From: Macrostomum hystrix
Lineage: Eukaryota; Animalia; Platyhelminthes
NCBI GenBank assembly: GCA_950097015.1
Contig: CATNEN010000037.1
Location: 4,092,001-4,156,000, forward strand
DNA length: 64,000 nt
Direction: 5' to 3'
Below are positions 25,236-35,565 of this stretch, piece after piece. Position numbers and translations under genes: made by a program. The notes under the pieces were generated by a model. That model did no database searches and was not told the origin of the DNA. It worked only from the letters and a program-made list of their open reading frames with translations. Position 1 is the stretch's first letter; each line of letters begins with the position of its first letter.

Positions 25236-28200
25236 ATGTCAGGCGTAAATTCAGATACCGACCAAGTCAACCAGTCAGGGGCAGCATTGTCAGGCCAGGG
25301 ACCAGAGGAGAACATCGGCCATGGGCCTGGGACAGCAGGAGGTGCTGAGGTGGAGATGGAGGGAGGTGAGCAGCCGGAGCGCGAGACCTCCTTAGGTGAC
25401 CTCGCCAGAACCCTAGCCCAAATCCGTGACAACACCAGCACCAGTTCTAGAATACCGAAATCGAGCCCTCGGCTCAGACCTCCAGTGGCCTACACACCCA
25501 AAACCAAATTTGATATCTGGTGGACGCAATTCCGCCTGTTTCTTGAAGCCAATGAGATCATGCCTGAGCATCGGACAGCAGTGTTGCTTTCATCCCTGTC
25601 ACCCGAGTGCCAAGAGTTCTTTTACAACTATCGTCTGCACGAGAAAAGCTTTGATGAAGCAGTGAAGAGTCTAAGAAGCCGGTATGGCAAGCCAACCCAC
25701 GTAGATAAATACTATATAGAACTGACCTCAGCCCAACAGCTGTCATCGGAGAGTATCCAGGAGTATTTTGACCGCCTCATAGGCCTAGCAAATGCCGCGG
25801 ACATGAGCCGCTCTGAGTACGAGCCCCTAGTAAGGACGCGGTTTTGCTATGGCTTGGCTGACAAAACTATTGCCGAAAAACTTATCAATATGCTGCATGA
25901 AGCACCCAGGGCTTCACTGGAGAGACTCCTAGCTAGGGCTCGAGACACAGATCAAACTAGGCAGCTGCTCAAACTGACTGAGCAACCCAAGGTTAGAAGT
26001 GTTGAAGCAGACGAGATCCGAGCCCTGAAGGCGAGAATAGCAGAACTGGAGAAGAAACAGTCAGGGCCACAACAAAGCACGCAGAAACCTACTAATAGCA
26101 ACAGTGGTGGCCATAGGCACAACTTTCAATCTCAGAAGTCCCCCCAGGACTACTCTAGTCATGCCCGAATGAGCGGCGCCCTACCTAAATGCTTCAGGTG
26201 TAGTGAGACTGGCCACCTCATTGCCGAATGCCCCTATCCTAGAGAGCCAGGTACTGGTGCGCCACCCTCGAAGTTCAGGACCCCGCAACCCTTTAGGGAG
26301 CCGAAAAGTTTTAAGCCAAATGCGAGTTCGAGGCCACCCAGAGAGAAGGGAGTAGTGACTCATTGGAAAGACTCTTACGGGTTCATTCAGTCCTCTCAGA
26401 TAGGCGACTCTGTTTTTGCGCACCTGTCTCAGTTGGTCCAGCCCCTGTTGGACCTGGCCTTAAGCCACCAGCTAGTGGGTACCAACGTGACATTCAGCCG
26501 TGTCACCGACGCTGGCAAGTCTAGAGACAAAGCTATTAGTGTGACAGCTACGTCGACGGACCCTAAGTGTGCTGAAGTGTCTTCAGACCTACCCAGTTAC
26601 AAGGCAGGATTCTATGTTCAGGTTGAGATTGGCGAGACCAAGACTGTTGCCCTTCTAGATCCCGGTGCCAATGCCTCCCTGATTTGCCCGAAGATGCGAG
26701 ACAAGCTCCTAGAAGCTGATCCAATCAATAATGTCTTCACCCCTGCGCGCACCCAGCGCACAGCTACTGGTTTCAATGGGGCTAGTTCGCAAATACTAGG
26801 CAAGCTCCAGTGCGAAGTGAGTTTAGGCAAATTAAAACAGCAGCACATATTCTTAGTGATTGAAGGCCAGTTATCCGAGATCCTGCTAGGGTTGGACTTC
26901 TGTGGTAATTTCCAAATCGTCATGGACATGGCCTGTGACCGTGTGACCTGCGCTGGAGAGTACGTCCCAATTTTTCGCGGCACCAATGCGATCTGTAGCG
27001 TGAATCGCGTTGTGGCCGCTTGCGATACAGTCCTGCCACCCCGCTCAGAAACGCTGATCCCAGCTAGGGCTATAGACGCTGAGAGCAGTTCCTATGGCGT
27101 TGTTAGTGCCAGATTATTCGACCCCGACCCGTCTATCATAGTCGCCAATTCATTGGACCAGGTCAGCCCCACTAGTCACGTGTTAGTCAGAGTCCTAAAC
27201 AGCGGCGAAGATGAGGTGAGGATTGCCAAGGGCGAGGAGGTAGCGTCTTTCAAGAAGCTAGGAGCTGATGAGAGCGTAGTGAGTACCAGACTTAGTGAGA
27301 GTGATTTCAGCATTGACAACGAGAGCGCGCTTAATGATAAGCTGTGCAAGCTGCCCTACCCAGATCCAGGGACAGCCAAGTGGCTCTTAGACCAATTTCA
27401 CCTGCAGGAGCGTAACCTGACCCAGGAGCAGCTGGATACGACAGTAAAAATGCTGAACTATTTTCTTAGCCAGATCTCGAAATCGGAAGCAGACATCGGT
27501 AGAACCCCTCTGCATGAACTGTCAATCGAGTTAAAGGACCCGAAGTGTCGCCCGATTTCTCAGCCATCGAGGCGAACAACCCCAGCGCAAAAGGAATTTC
27601 TGGATAAGTACATCGCCCAGCTCCTAAACCAGGGAGTTGTTGAAGAGTGCGACTCCGAGTGGGCCTCACCCATTGTGCTTGTGAAAAAGAAGGACGGTAC
27701 ATGGCGCCTTTGCGTAGATTACCGTGCGCTTAACAAGCACATAAAGCCGTGCTCTTTCCCGCTGCCCTTAATAGACGAATCTTTCGATAGCTTAGCGGGA
27801 TCCGCCGTCTTTAGTAGTTTAGATCTGACGAGCGCCTACTGGCAGGTAGGGATCCGGGAAGCTGACCGAGACCTCACCGCGTTCTCATGTCCCCAGGGCA
27901 CCTTTCGTTGGACCGTAGTCCCCTATGGGATCAAGACCGCGCCTGCAAGTTTTGCCAGGCTGATGCACCGCGTGTTCCGCCCTCTTTTGCTCAGGGTTAG
28001 CCTAATTTACCTAGACGATGTCATCATCAAGGCCAGAAACAACGACGAGATGATTTCCCATCTGGCGCTAGTTTTCTGGCAGCTTAGAAAAGCGAATCTG
28101 AAAATCAGACCCTCGAAGTGTAAGCTCTTCAAGGACAAACTGAAGTTTCTGGGATTCATAGTTTCCTCAAAAGGGATAGAGGCCGATCCGACCAAAACTG

Positions 28201-31076
28201 AGGCCGTTCAACAGTGGTGTACACCTAGGGATAAGAAGCAGCTTCTCTCCTTCCTGGGATTTGCCAATTATTACAGGAAGTTTGTCCCTAGATTCTCCAT
28301 CATAGCCACGCCTCTGTATGCCCTAGCCAAGAGCTCTGAGAAATTTGTTTGGCGCCAAGTGCACGAGGCCGCTTTCCAAGAACTAAAGTCCAGCCTATGT
28401 AATCCACCAGTGCTGAGATACCCAGACCTGAGTCCCACAGCGGGCACCTTTGTTCTAGACTGCGACAGCTCCCTTGACGGTGTGGGAGCAGTCCTTTCCC
28501 AACTAGATGGGAACGACGTAGAACAAGTGATTGCCTACGCTTCTAAAAAATTCACCAGCGCGCAGCGAAACTATTGCGCCACCTTGAGGGAGCTCCTAGG
28601 TCTGGTTCTCATGTTAGAGCAGTTCAGGACTTACTTACTTGACCGGGAGTTCCTAGTGCGAACAGATGCGATTGCTCTGAAGTGGTTACACTCGAAAAAA
28701 CACGCAACCGGAATGCTCGCCCAATGGTTGGTCACACTAGAGCCTTACACCTTCAAGGTAGACCAGACTCCACTGGAGAGAATAGCGGAGTACGATTTTA
28801 AAATCTCCCACAGAGCCGGGGAATCCCACGTTAATGCGGATGTTTTGAGTCGCAACCCGAAGTTCAGAGCAGACCATTTCGACTGCCCAACCTGTAGCCT
28901 GATCCCAGAATTTATATCCAAGTTCCAGAAGGAAAAAAAACCAGCGCCATCGGATGTTAGTGAGGTCAAAATCAGCCGTATGTGTGTCAGTACTCAGACT
29001 CTAGTCACAACTGGCTGTCAGACCACCGAGCTGATATTCGACTCAGCGATTCAGCTTCAAAATGAGCCGGTTGCAGACTTAGCAGCTCAGACTGACCTCC
29101 AACGGGTCCCTGAGATCCCTGAGCCTAATCAAGCTAGCAAGCGCCCAGTCATCCCAACCTCGTCTGCAGGTACTCAGGTAGACACCAAACCTAAACCGGA
29201 AACACCGCCATCAGCCGCAGCACATGCTGTGCAAGTCCAGGTCTCGGATAGGTCCACGATCGCAGACGAAGTTCTAGACCCAGGCAGTGATAACGAAGAT
29301 GAGGCGGGGGCTGAACAGAGAGAAAGAGAATGGGCCCGTAGTGCTCAGGATTCGAACATTGATCTTGTTTTCCTGAGAGATGCTGTAGCTGGAAAGGTAG
29401 AGAGGTTGTCTAAGCAGGAGCTCCAAGGTTGCAGTCGTGAGCTCAGAGCCTTATGGGCTATGTTTGACGAACTGTCTGTTGAGGACGATCTGCTGCTTCG
29501 GAACAAGCCAGCCAAGAAAAGGAAGCCCGCTGCCAAGCTTACGGTCATCCCTGAGTCTGCGAATGTAGATGAGCTAGTGACCAACTACCACAGAGCCGTT
29601 AATCACTCGGGGATAAACAAGACTTTAGGAGTGGTAAAAAAGAACTTTCAAATCTCGAACCTAGAAACTATAGTCAAGGGAGTCGTAGCTAGCTGTGAGA
29701 TTTGCGCTAGGACTAAGAAATGCAAGCGAAAGAACAAAGCTCCGATGCAGCCAACTCTAGCCGGGTACCCGAACCAGGTCGTGCATGTAGACCATTGCGG
29801 ACCGTTCCCTGAACAGGAAGGCTACCGGTATCTGCTTGTAATGATTGACAGATTCACCGGATTTGTGGAAATTGTCCCTGTGAAAGACGTAACTGCCGAG
29901 ACAACCGCGGCAGCAATCCTGACAGAGTGGATTGTTCGCTACGGTGCTATGGAGCAAATGGTCTCGGACAATGGCACAGCATTCATAAATAACATTGTTG
30001 CAGAGCTGACCCGCTTGCTAGAGATAGATACCGTTAGAATCACTGCTCGCCGCCCCCAGGCCAACGGGAAGGTGGAACGCAACATCCAGACTATTAAGAG
30101 TCAAATTCGAGCAGTCTGTGCTGAGAGGCATGTGACTTGGCCCTTTGCCGCTAGGTGTGTAGGAATGAGCATCCGCTCTCTAGAATCCGAATCGACAGGC
30201 ATGACACCTGCTAAGCTTTTTCTGGGCCGTGAATTTCAAATGCCCCTAGACCTGATGTACAACCCACCAAGGCAAGATTGCTATGACCCGGACAGTTACG
30301 CGCACCGACTCCACCGAACTCTTGTCGAAACCTCTGCCACCGCACGGGCTGTTAGGAAGAAGGCACAGGCTAGGCAGAAGCGTTACTATGACAGATCGGT
30401 TTATAAGTCAAGCTACGAGGTTGGAGAGCTAGTGTGGGTTCTAAACCCCGACCACAAGGGCCTCGACCCAGCTGTTTGGTTTGGTCCGTACAAGGTTATT
30501 CAGAAGGTCTCTGAGAGAAACTATAGGTTGATTCCAGAGTTTTCGCGAGAGAATCCGTTCAGAGTACCGAATCCTAGTCACAACATCTATAACGTAGACC
30601 GGATGAAGAGGTGCATCCGCCAGCCAAACTATCAGGATGTGGTTGATAGATTTAGATTAGACACCGTAGCAAGGATGCCACGCTCATCTAAGCTAGGACA
30701 AGGAGATCTGGATTTCCGAACCAGACTTGGTCACTGTCCCACCTGCGGGTCAGAAGAGCCGCTCTTTTCCGAGAAGCCAATCGTCATCAATCACACAGCC
30801 AGTCGAACAGCCAATCACACAGCCAGTTCAACAGCCAATCACACAGCCAGTTCAACAGCCAATCACACAGCCAGTTCAACAGCCAATCACACAGCCAGTT
30901 CAACAGCCAATCACACAGCCAGTTCAACAGCCAATCACACAGACAGTTCAACAGCCAATCACACAGCCAGTCGAACAGCCAATCACACAGCCAGTTCAAC
31001 AGCCAATCACACAGCCAGTTCAACAGCCAATCAAAACACTGCCAGTGGAACAGCCAAATGCTCAACCAGTCACTAA
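25236..31076 (+). CDS. Gag-Pol polyprotein, 1946 aa: capsid-like Gag, CCHC knuckle (26190-26231), cold-shock-like domain, aspartic protease, RT, RNase H, integrase
   Basis: CFRCSETGHLIAEC; LLDPGA; WRLCVDYRALN, YLDDVII; VGAVLSQ, HVNADVLSR; integrase HHCC (YHRAVNH...CEIC), D-D-E (VHVDHCGP, SDNGTAF, GKVERN) and GPY motif. Confidence 0.96.
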   Translation: MSGVNSDTDQVNQSGAALSGQGPEENIGHGPGTAGGAEVEMEGGEQPERETSLGDLARTLAQIRDNTSTSSRIPKSSPRLRPPVAYTPKTKFDIWWTQFRLFLEANEIMPEHRTAVLLSSLSPECQEFFYNYRLHEKSFDEAVKSLRSRYGKPTHVDKYYIELTSAQQLSSESIQEYFDRLIGLANAADMSRSEYEPLVRTRFCYGLADKTIAEKLINMLHEAPRASLERLLARARDTDQTRQLLKLTEQPKVRSVEADEIRALKARIAELEKKQSGPQQSTQKPTNSNSGGHRHNFQSQKSPQDYSSHARMSGALPKCFRCSETGHLIAECPYPREPGTGAPPSKFRTPQPFREPKSFKPNASSRPPREKGVVTHWKDSYGFIQSSQIGDSVFAHLSQLVQPLLDLALSHQLVGTNVTFSRVTDAGKSRDKAISVTATSTDPKCAEVSSDLPSYKAGFYVQVEIGETKTVALLDPGANASLICPKMRDKLLEADPINNVFTPARTQRTATGFNGASSQILGKLQCEVSLGKLKQQHIFLVIEGQLSEILLGLDFCGNFQIVMDMACDRVTCAGEYVPIFRGTNAICSVNRVVAACDTVLPPRSETLIPARAIDAESSSYGVVSARLFDPDPSIIVANSLDQVSPTSHVLVRVLNSGEDEVRIAKGEEVASFKKLGADESVVSTRLSESDFSIDNESALNDKLCKLPYPDPGTAKWLLDQFHLQERNLTQEQLDTTVKMLNYFLSQISKSEADIGRTPLHELSIELKDPKCRPISQPSRRTTPAQKEFLDKYIAQLLNQGVVEECDSEWASPIVLVKKKDGTWRLCVDYRALNKHIKPCSFPLPLIDESFDSLAGSAVFSSLDLTSAYWQVGIREADRDLTAFSCPQGTFRWTVVPYGIKTAPASFARLMHRVFRPLLLRVSLIYLDDVIIKARNNDEMISHLALVFWQLRKANLKIRPSKCKLFKDKLKFLGFIVSSKGIEADPTKTEAVQQWCTPRDKKQLLSFLGFANYYRKFVPRFSIIATPLYALAKSSEKFVWRQVHEAAFQELKSSLCNPPVLRYPDLSPTAGTFVLDCDSSLDGVGAVLSQLDGNDVEQVIAYASKKFTSAQRNYCATLRELLGLVLMLEQFRTYLLDREFLVRTDAIALKWLHSKKHATGMLAQWLVTLEPYTFKVDQTPLERIAEYDFKISHRAGESHVNADVLSRNPKFRADHFDCPTCSLIPEFISKFQKEKKPAPSDVSEVKISRMCVSTQTLVTTGCQTTELIFDSAIQLQNEPVADLAAQTDLQRVPEIPEPNQASKRPVIPTSSAGTQVDTKPKPETPPSAAAHAVQVQVSDRSTIADEVLDPGSDNEDEAGAEQREREWARSAQDSNIDLVFLRDAVAGKVERLSKQELQGCSRELRALWAMFDELSVEDDLLLRNKPAKKRKPAAKLTVIPESANVDELVTNYHRAVNHSGINKTLGVVKKNFQISNLETIVKGVVASCEICARTKKCKRKNKAPMQPTLAGYPNQVVHVDHCGPFPEQEGYRYLLVMIDRFTGFVEIVPVKDVTAETTAAAILTEWIVRYGAMEQMVSDNGTAFINNIVAELTRLLEIDTVRITARRPQANGKVERNIQTIKSQIRAVCAERHVTWPFAARCVGMSIRSLESESTGMTPAKLFLGREFQMPLDLMYNPPRQDCYDPDSYAHRLHRTLVETSATARAVRKKAQARQKRYYDRSVYKSSYEVGELVWVLNPDHKGLDPAVWFGPYKVIQKVSERNYRLIPEFSRENPFRVPNPSHNIYNVDRMKRCIRQPNYQDVVDRFRLDTVARMPRSSKLGQGDLDFRTRLGHCPTCGSEEPLFSEKPIVINHTASRTANHTASSTANHTASSTANHTASSTANHTASSTANHTASSTANHTDSSTANHTASRTANHTASSTANHTASSTANQNTASGTAKCSTSH

Positions 31077-31401
31077 ACCAGAGTCACCACCCGAGGTGCA
31101 ACCTGAACAAGCACCACAAGCAGTAAACATTGTCAATAATGAACAGGTGCCAGACATCGGTGCTGAAGTTGAAGTCACAGCAGAGCCAAATCCAGATCCT
31201 CAGGCAACACCAATACCAAATATGCCACCAGAACCACAACCACAAATAGAACACGAGCACGAACATGAACACGAATACGATCAGACAGACCATGCACAGA
31301 GACCAGCTTGCACTGTTACGAGGTCCGGCCGGCAAGTAAGGCCGCCGGTCAGATTCCTTTCCACGCTGGTCAATCTGTTCAGGAGAGGTAGCGAGAGCTA
31401 A
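30727..31401 (+). CDS. Probable true integrase C-terminal tail in the +1 frame (P/Q/E-rich, 24-bp repeat, ends TRSGRQVRPPVRF)
   Basis: Frame is open from 30685 to 31401; the terminal R-S-G-R-x-x-R-P-P-x-R-F/Y motif is typical of Gypsy Pol ends. Confidence 0.55.
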   Translation: MVTVPPAGQKSRSFPRSQSSSITQPVEQPITQPVQQPITQPVQQPITQPVQQPITQPVQQPITQPVQQPITQTVQQPITQPVEQPITQPVQQPITQPVQQPIKTLPVEQPNAQPVTKPESPPEVQPEQAPQAVNIVNNEQVPDIGAEVEVTAEPNPDPQATPIPNMPPEPQPQIEHEHEHEHEYDQTDHAQRPACTVTRSGRQVRPPVRFLSTLVNLFRRGSES

Positions 31402-32078
31402 GGTGTAGTCGTGTCGTATGCTGCCTGTGTTCTGTGTGCCTGTTAGCTTTTCTTTAATAGCTTTCGCCAATCTTTTCATTTTGTCATTAGTTTAGTATCT
31501 CTGCGGTCGAGCCTTGAATCTTCGGATTAGGTTTTGGCCATAGTGTAAGCCTTTGTCGTAGTCATTGTTTGTAGCCTGTAGTTAGGAGCTTAGCTTGGCT
31601 GCGGCCGCTGGTGCTGTAGTCGAGGCCGTCCAGGTTTTCGCTCCGCCGCCGATTCGCCGAAATTTTCGCCAGTCCTAGACTATTCTCGTGTTGGCCAAGT
31701 TGTCACTTTTGTTTAAAAATAAAAAAACATTGCATTTGCTAAAACAAAAATATTTTCAATTCCTTTTATTGCCTCTGCGGTTTGATGACGTTGTTCAATT
31801 TGCCAATATCTTGCTGAATTTTGCCTTTGGTTTTTGTTCGAATTTTTGCCATTCGTCGTTCAGTTTTGCCACTCGATATTCCGTTTTTGCCGTTCGTCTT
31901 TGAAATTTAATGCCTGTTTTTGTGTCACTTGAAACTGCCATTGTTAACCTTATTTTCAAAATATTTCTAGACAGCTATTCTAATAACTCTAATAACGTAG
32001 CAACAATTTTGAAATCGTTTTTTTCGCTAGCCATTTCGATGTTCGTAGCCACTACTGTTAGTAGGCCATTAAGCTTCT

Positions 32079-32092
32079 GAGAGGGAGGCGAG
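32079..32092 (+). other. Polypurine tract GAGAGGGAGGCGAG
   Basis: Immediately 5' of the 3' LTR. Confidence 0.85.
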
Positions 32093-32560
32093 TGTGACGT
32101 TGTCTCTCTAATTTAATGTAATTTTAATATGCTATTTCTAATTAAGTGCATTATTTTCGTTAGCTATATTTGTTAGGGATATTTCTTCGGTTTTCCATAT
32201 ATATTTATAATGGTTTTGTTTTAGTGTACTACATAGTCGTAGTTCGTATTCAAATGTGCTAATTAGGCCTTTCCAGGAAGGCTCCCACCCCCCCGTGCCT
32301 GGTTCTGGTTCTACGACTGAGTGCTGGCTATTATTTAAGTGTGGCTAATTTCAACTGTAGCCGTAACTACTTTCAAGTGAATCTTGATATATCTCTATAT
32401 GTCTCTAAGTAACATATCTCTAAGTCATATAGCCAGCATTCACCGTTAAGCGATCTCGTTATTTGAAGACCCAATTTACTGCCGAATAATAATTTACCTT
32501 ACTGCTATTCAAATAGACCGAACCGCTACGCCTATACATTGGGACCGAAACTTCGTCATA
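32093..32560 (+). repeat. 3' LTR (468 bp)
   Basis: Direct repeat of 23689-24157. Confidence 0.96.
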
Positions 32561-34359
32561 GTTATGTTATATGCTTAGCCGGAAAAAACATTACAGAAGA
32601 ACCCTTAACAAAAAAAACAAATAAATTGTGCTTTATTTAACATTAATTACAATAGCAACCAATCAAAAATAAAGTTTGCCTATATAGCTTTGTTATTGCA
32701 AATGAAAACATTCTTTATAATTCTCGTAATACACTTAGCCGCTTAGGCCCTATAATTAATTTGTAAGTGAAAGTAAAATCAAGTTAATCACGAGATAGCT
32801 ATTGACTGGCTATTATGCTTCATGATAAATAGCCGAAAATAAAGTAAAGATCTTTCTTAAATTTTTTAAGCGACCTGCTTTGCAAGACATTAAAATAACA
32901 GCATTGGATCGGCTTCCAAAAAAGTTATCAACGTTTTAATGTAAAAATGTGAAAAGTTCTTATCTCGCTACTGCATTTTTCTGTGAAAATCAGCCATTAA
33001 TAATTTTTCCAAATTTTCCTGTACCTTCTAGGTGATCCTTGGCATATTCATAAACACTGATGGATATGAAGCATAAATCCAAAAATGAAAAGCTGTTTCA
33101 AATCATATTTTTCAGTTGCATTCAATGATAGGCCTACATAATTCTGGCTATCTTTTAGATAACAATCACTGAGTCAACTGATGATCACCATAACAATTTT
33201 GTTACTAATTGAAGTTGAAATCTATGACGCAACATTACACTATCCACCTGGTTTCTAGAGATCAAAAGTAAGCATTCAGGTTTGCATGGGTTTCAATACC
33301 TTTTTTAATTAGCACCTCATGTATGTATTGAGAAATCTAGAAATTGTATAATGTTTTGGATAATCATTTTAGGGCAGATTTTGTATTGAAATTATCATCT
33401 TCTTAAACTTTGGCTCTTCTCCTTTGTATCTTATTCAAAGTAGGACCCTGTGTATTATTTTGGTTTTGGATAAAAATCATTTCAACAAAAAATCTGCCCT
33501 AAAATCACATTCCAAAACTATAGTAATCATATATTTAGTTTGTATTATTTGACTGATGAGGGATTTAGTTCCAATGTCTAAAGTTAGTTGGCATACATAA
33601 TAGAAAAAATGTGGCTTATGCAGCGGAGTGGCACCCCCTCAGTTTGGAAGACAACAATTTTAAATGGTTTAGGTACATTTAAATTATTGTCAACTAAAAG
33701 TGAAGTGCTTAATATACTTTTGGCTTCAATCAAGCCATGGAGATTGTTTTCTGAAAGTTAAAGAAATATAATTTTAAACTTCTTTGTTTGTAGTTTCAGT
33801 CTTCCAGAGCACAATAATTTCTCTTTAAAGGTTGATTGCCTTCTAAAACTGATAATATACATTATATAAGCATTTGTCAATCCAACTTGTTAAAGTTATT
33901 AGTGTTTTTTAAGTAGTGCATCAGAATTTCCTTTCTGCTTAGTGTACTTTGGGACAGCCCATCAACCTACCATAGTCTAGAAAATAAAGGTTTGGCAGGG
34001 AGTTGTCTCTCAAGTTTCTAGATTCAGACCTCCATGGCTCTATTCTATGTTTTTTAATTTATTTTAGATTGGAATGAGGTTGACTCTCTGCACTTTGAAA
34101 CAATGATTTTCTATCCCATCCTTCACTAGGATATGGGGCAAGGTGGGGTGAAGGGTTGGGTTTAGATTTGCCTTAAGTGAGGTAAAAGAAACCTGACAAT
34201 GTTCTCTCAATTCTATTGCACAAATTAGAAATTTGGTGCTCACCTCCCTTATAGTCACAAGTTACAATGCCTTTTCCCCTCCAAACCGAACCCCTTCCTG
34301 GCTACAGCCTTCCCATTCCCCCTCCCTCATCCCTCACAAGCACTGACTAAAACCACAAG

Positions 34360-34638
34360 CATACATGCGCAACACCCGAGCTGACCCAGCCGAACCAGCT
34401 AGGTGAAACAAGGGCCAAGCAAGGTAAGTCGCAATAACCAATCGACCAAGCACAAAAAAATCAAAGGGACCAAGGGACAAAAGATGAAGGCATGAAGAAA
34501 AGGAAAAAGGGGAGAGAAAAAGAGAGCAAATGAGAGCAAACTAAGTCGTAAATAGAGCAATGAAATGAACTAAGTCGCAAATGAGAGTAATAACTAAGTT
34601 GCACCGCCGGCTAAGATTTGGGAGGTTGCGCATGTATG
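34360..34638. mobile_element. hAT-like MITE, 279 bp, 14-bp TIR CATACATGCGCAAC, 8-bp TSD ACCACAAG
   Basis: Perfect TIRs; TSD at 34352-34359 and 34639-34646; second copy at 61241-61517. Confidence 0.88.
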
Positions 34639-35565
34639 ACCACAAGCCAATCAAAGCGAAGAATAGGCTTCAAGGTGCAGTATTTAAAGCACAAGAAATG
34701 GCAAACAAAAATAAAATGCAAATTTGCAATCATGCAGAACTAGTTTTTTTATTTGTACAACTACCTAAAATAAAATCATTAGATTAGATAGCTTACTATT
34801 GTTAAAGTTTTGCTAGGCTACTTTACAAACTCTTGTAAAGTAGTCTATGTAAAGTAGTCTAAGCTGTAGCTGCTGCATCATGCCCTAATAGCAGTGAGAA
34901 TTTATAACAGCAGTGAAAAGGGGGGGAAACTGCACCCACCCCATCTAGTTGCATAAAGATATAGCAAGCTTTTAATAATATTTTATTCTAACATAAGAGC
35001 AAATAAGCTACAAGAAAAGCCAATAAGTAATAATAAAACAATTTAAGAAAAGCAATTATATAGGCTACATTTCTTTGGATTGTGAATTTGTTTGATTAAA
35101 AAACATTATATGGTGGCAAGATGTGGATGCAATCTGCCACTGTGGCTGCAATCTAGCCTTACCAGCCTGAGGGGTAGGTGATTTTAGGTGACAGTACTGA
35201 TTGGCAAATGTTCATGTTCCTACACATATGTGCCTTTATCATGCAATTTTATTAATTAAGATTATATTAACAACGGTATAATTTGCATTCTCTGCATACT
35301 GCACTTGGCACTACAAGTTGATAAAATTAGTCAAGATTTAAAAAAGTATTCTTTTTTATACTTTTTTATCGTTATACTACTTATACTACTACAATGCAGA
35401 CAAATCGAATCACTTCTTTATTAATATTACTTTTTACTATCTATAAAGTATCGAACTGAAAAGATTTAAGTGAGTAATTGCATGAGTGCATACATTGTTT
35501 TTGTGAATCAATTATATTTTCCAGTGCAAGAGTATTGAGCCCAGCTGCAGCCAAACAGGCACTTA

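Larger units (their letters stand above)
23689..32560 (+). mobile_element. Full-length Ty3/Gypsy LTR retrotransposon, very recent insertion, 4-bp TSD GTTA
   Basis: Two near-identical LTRs, PBS, PPT, GTTA at 23685-23688 and 32561-32564, and Gag-PR-RT-RH-IN domain order (integrase after RNase H = Ty3/Gypsy). Confidence 0.97.
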
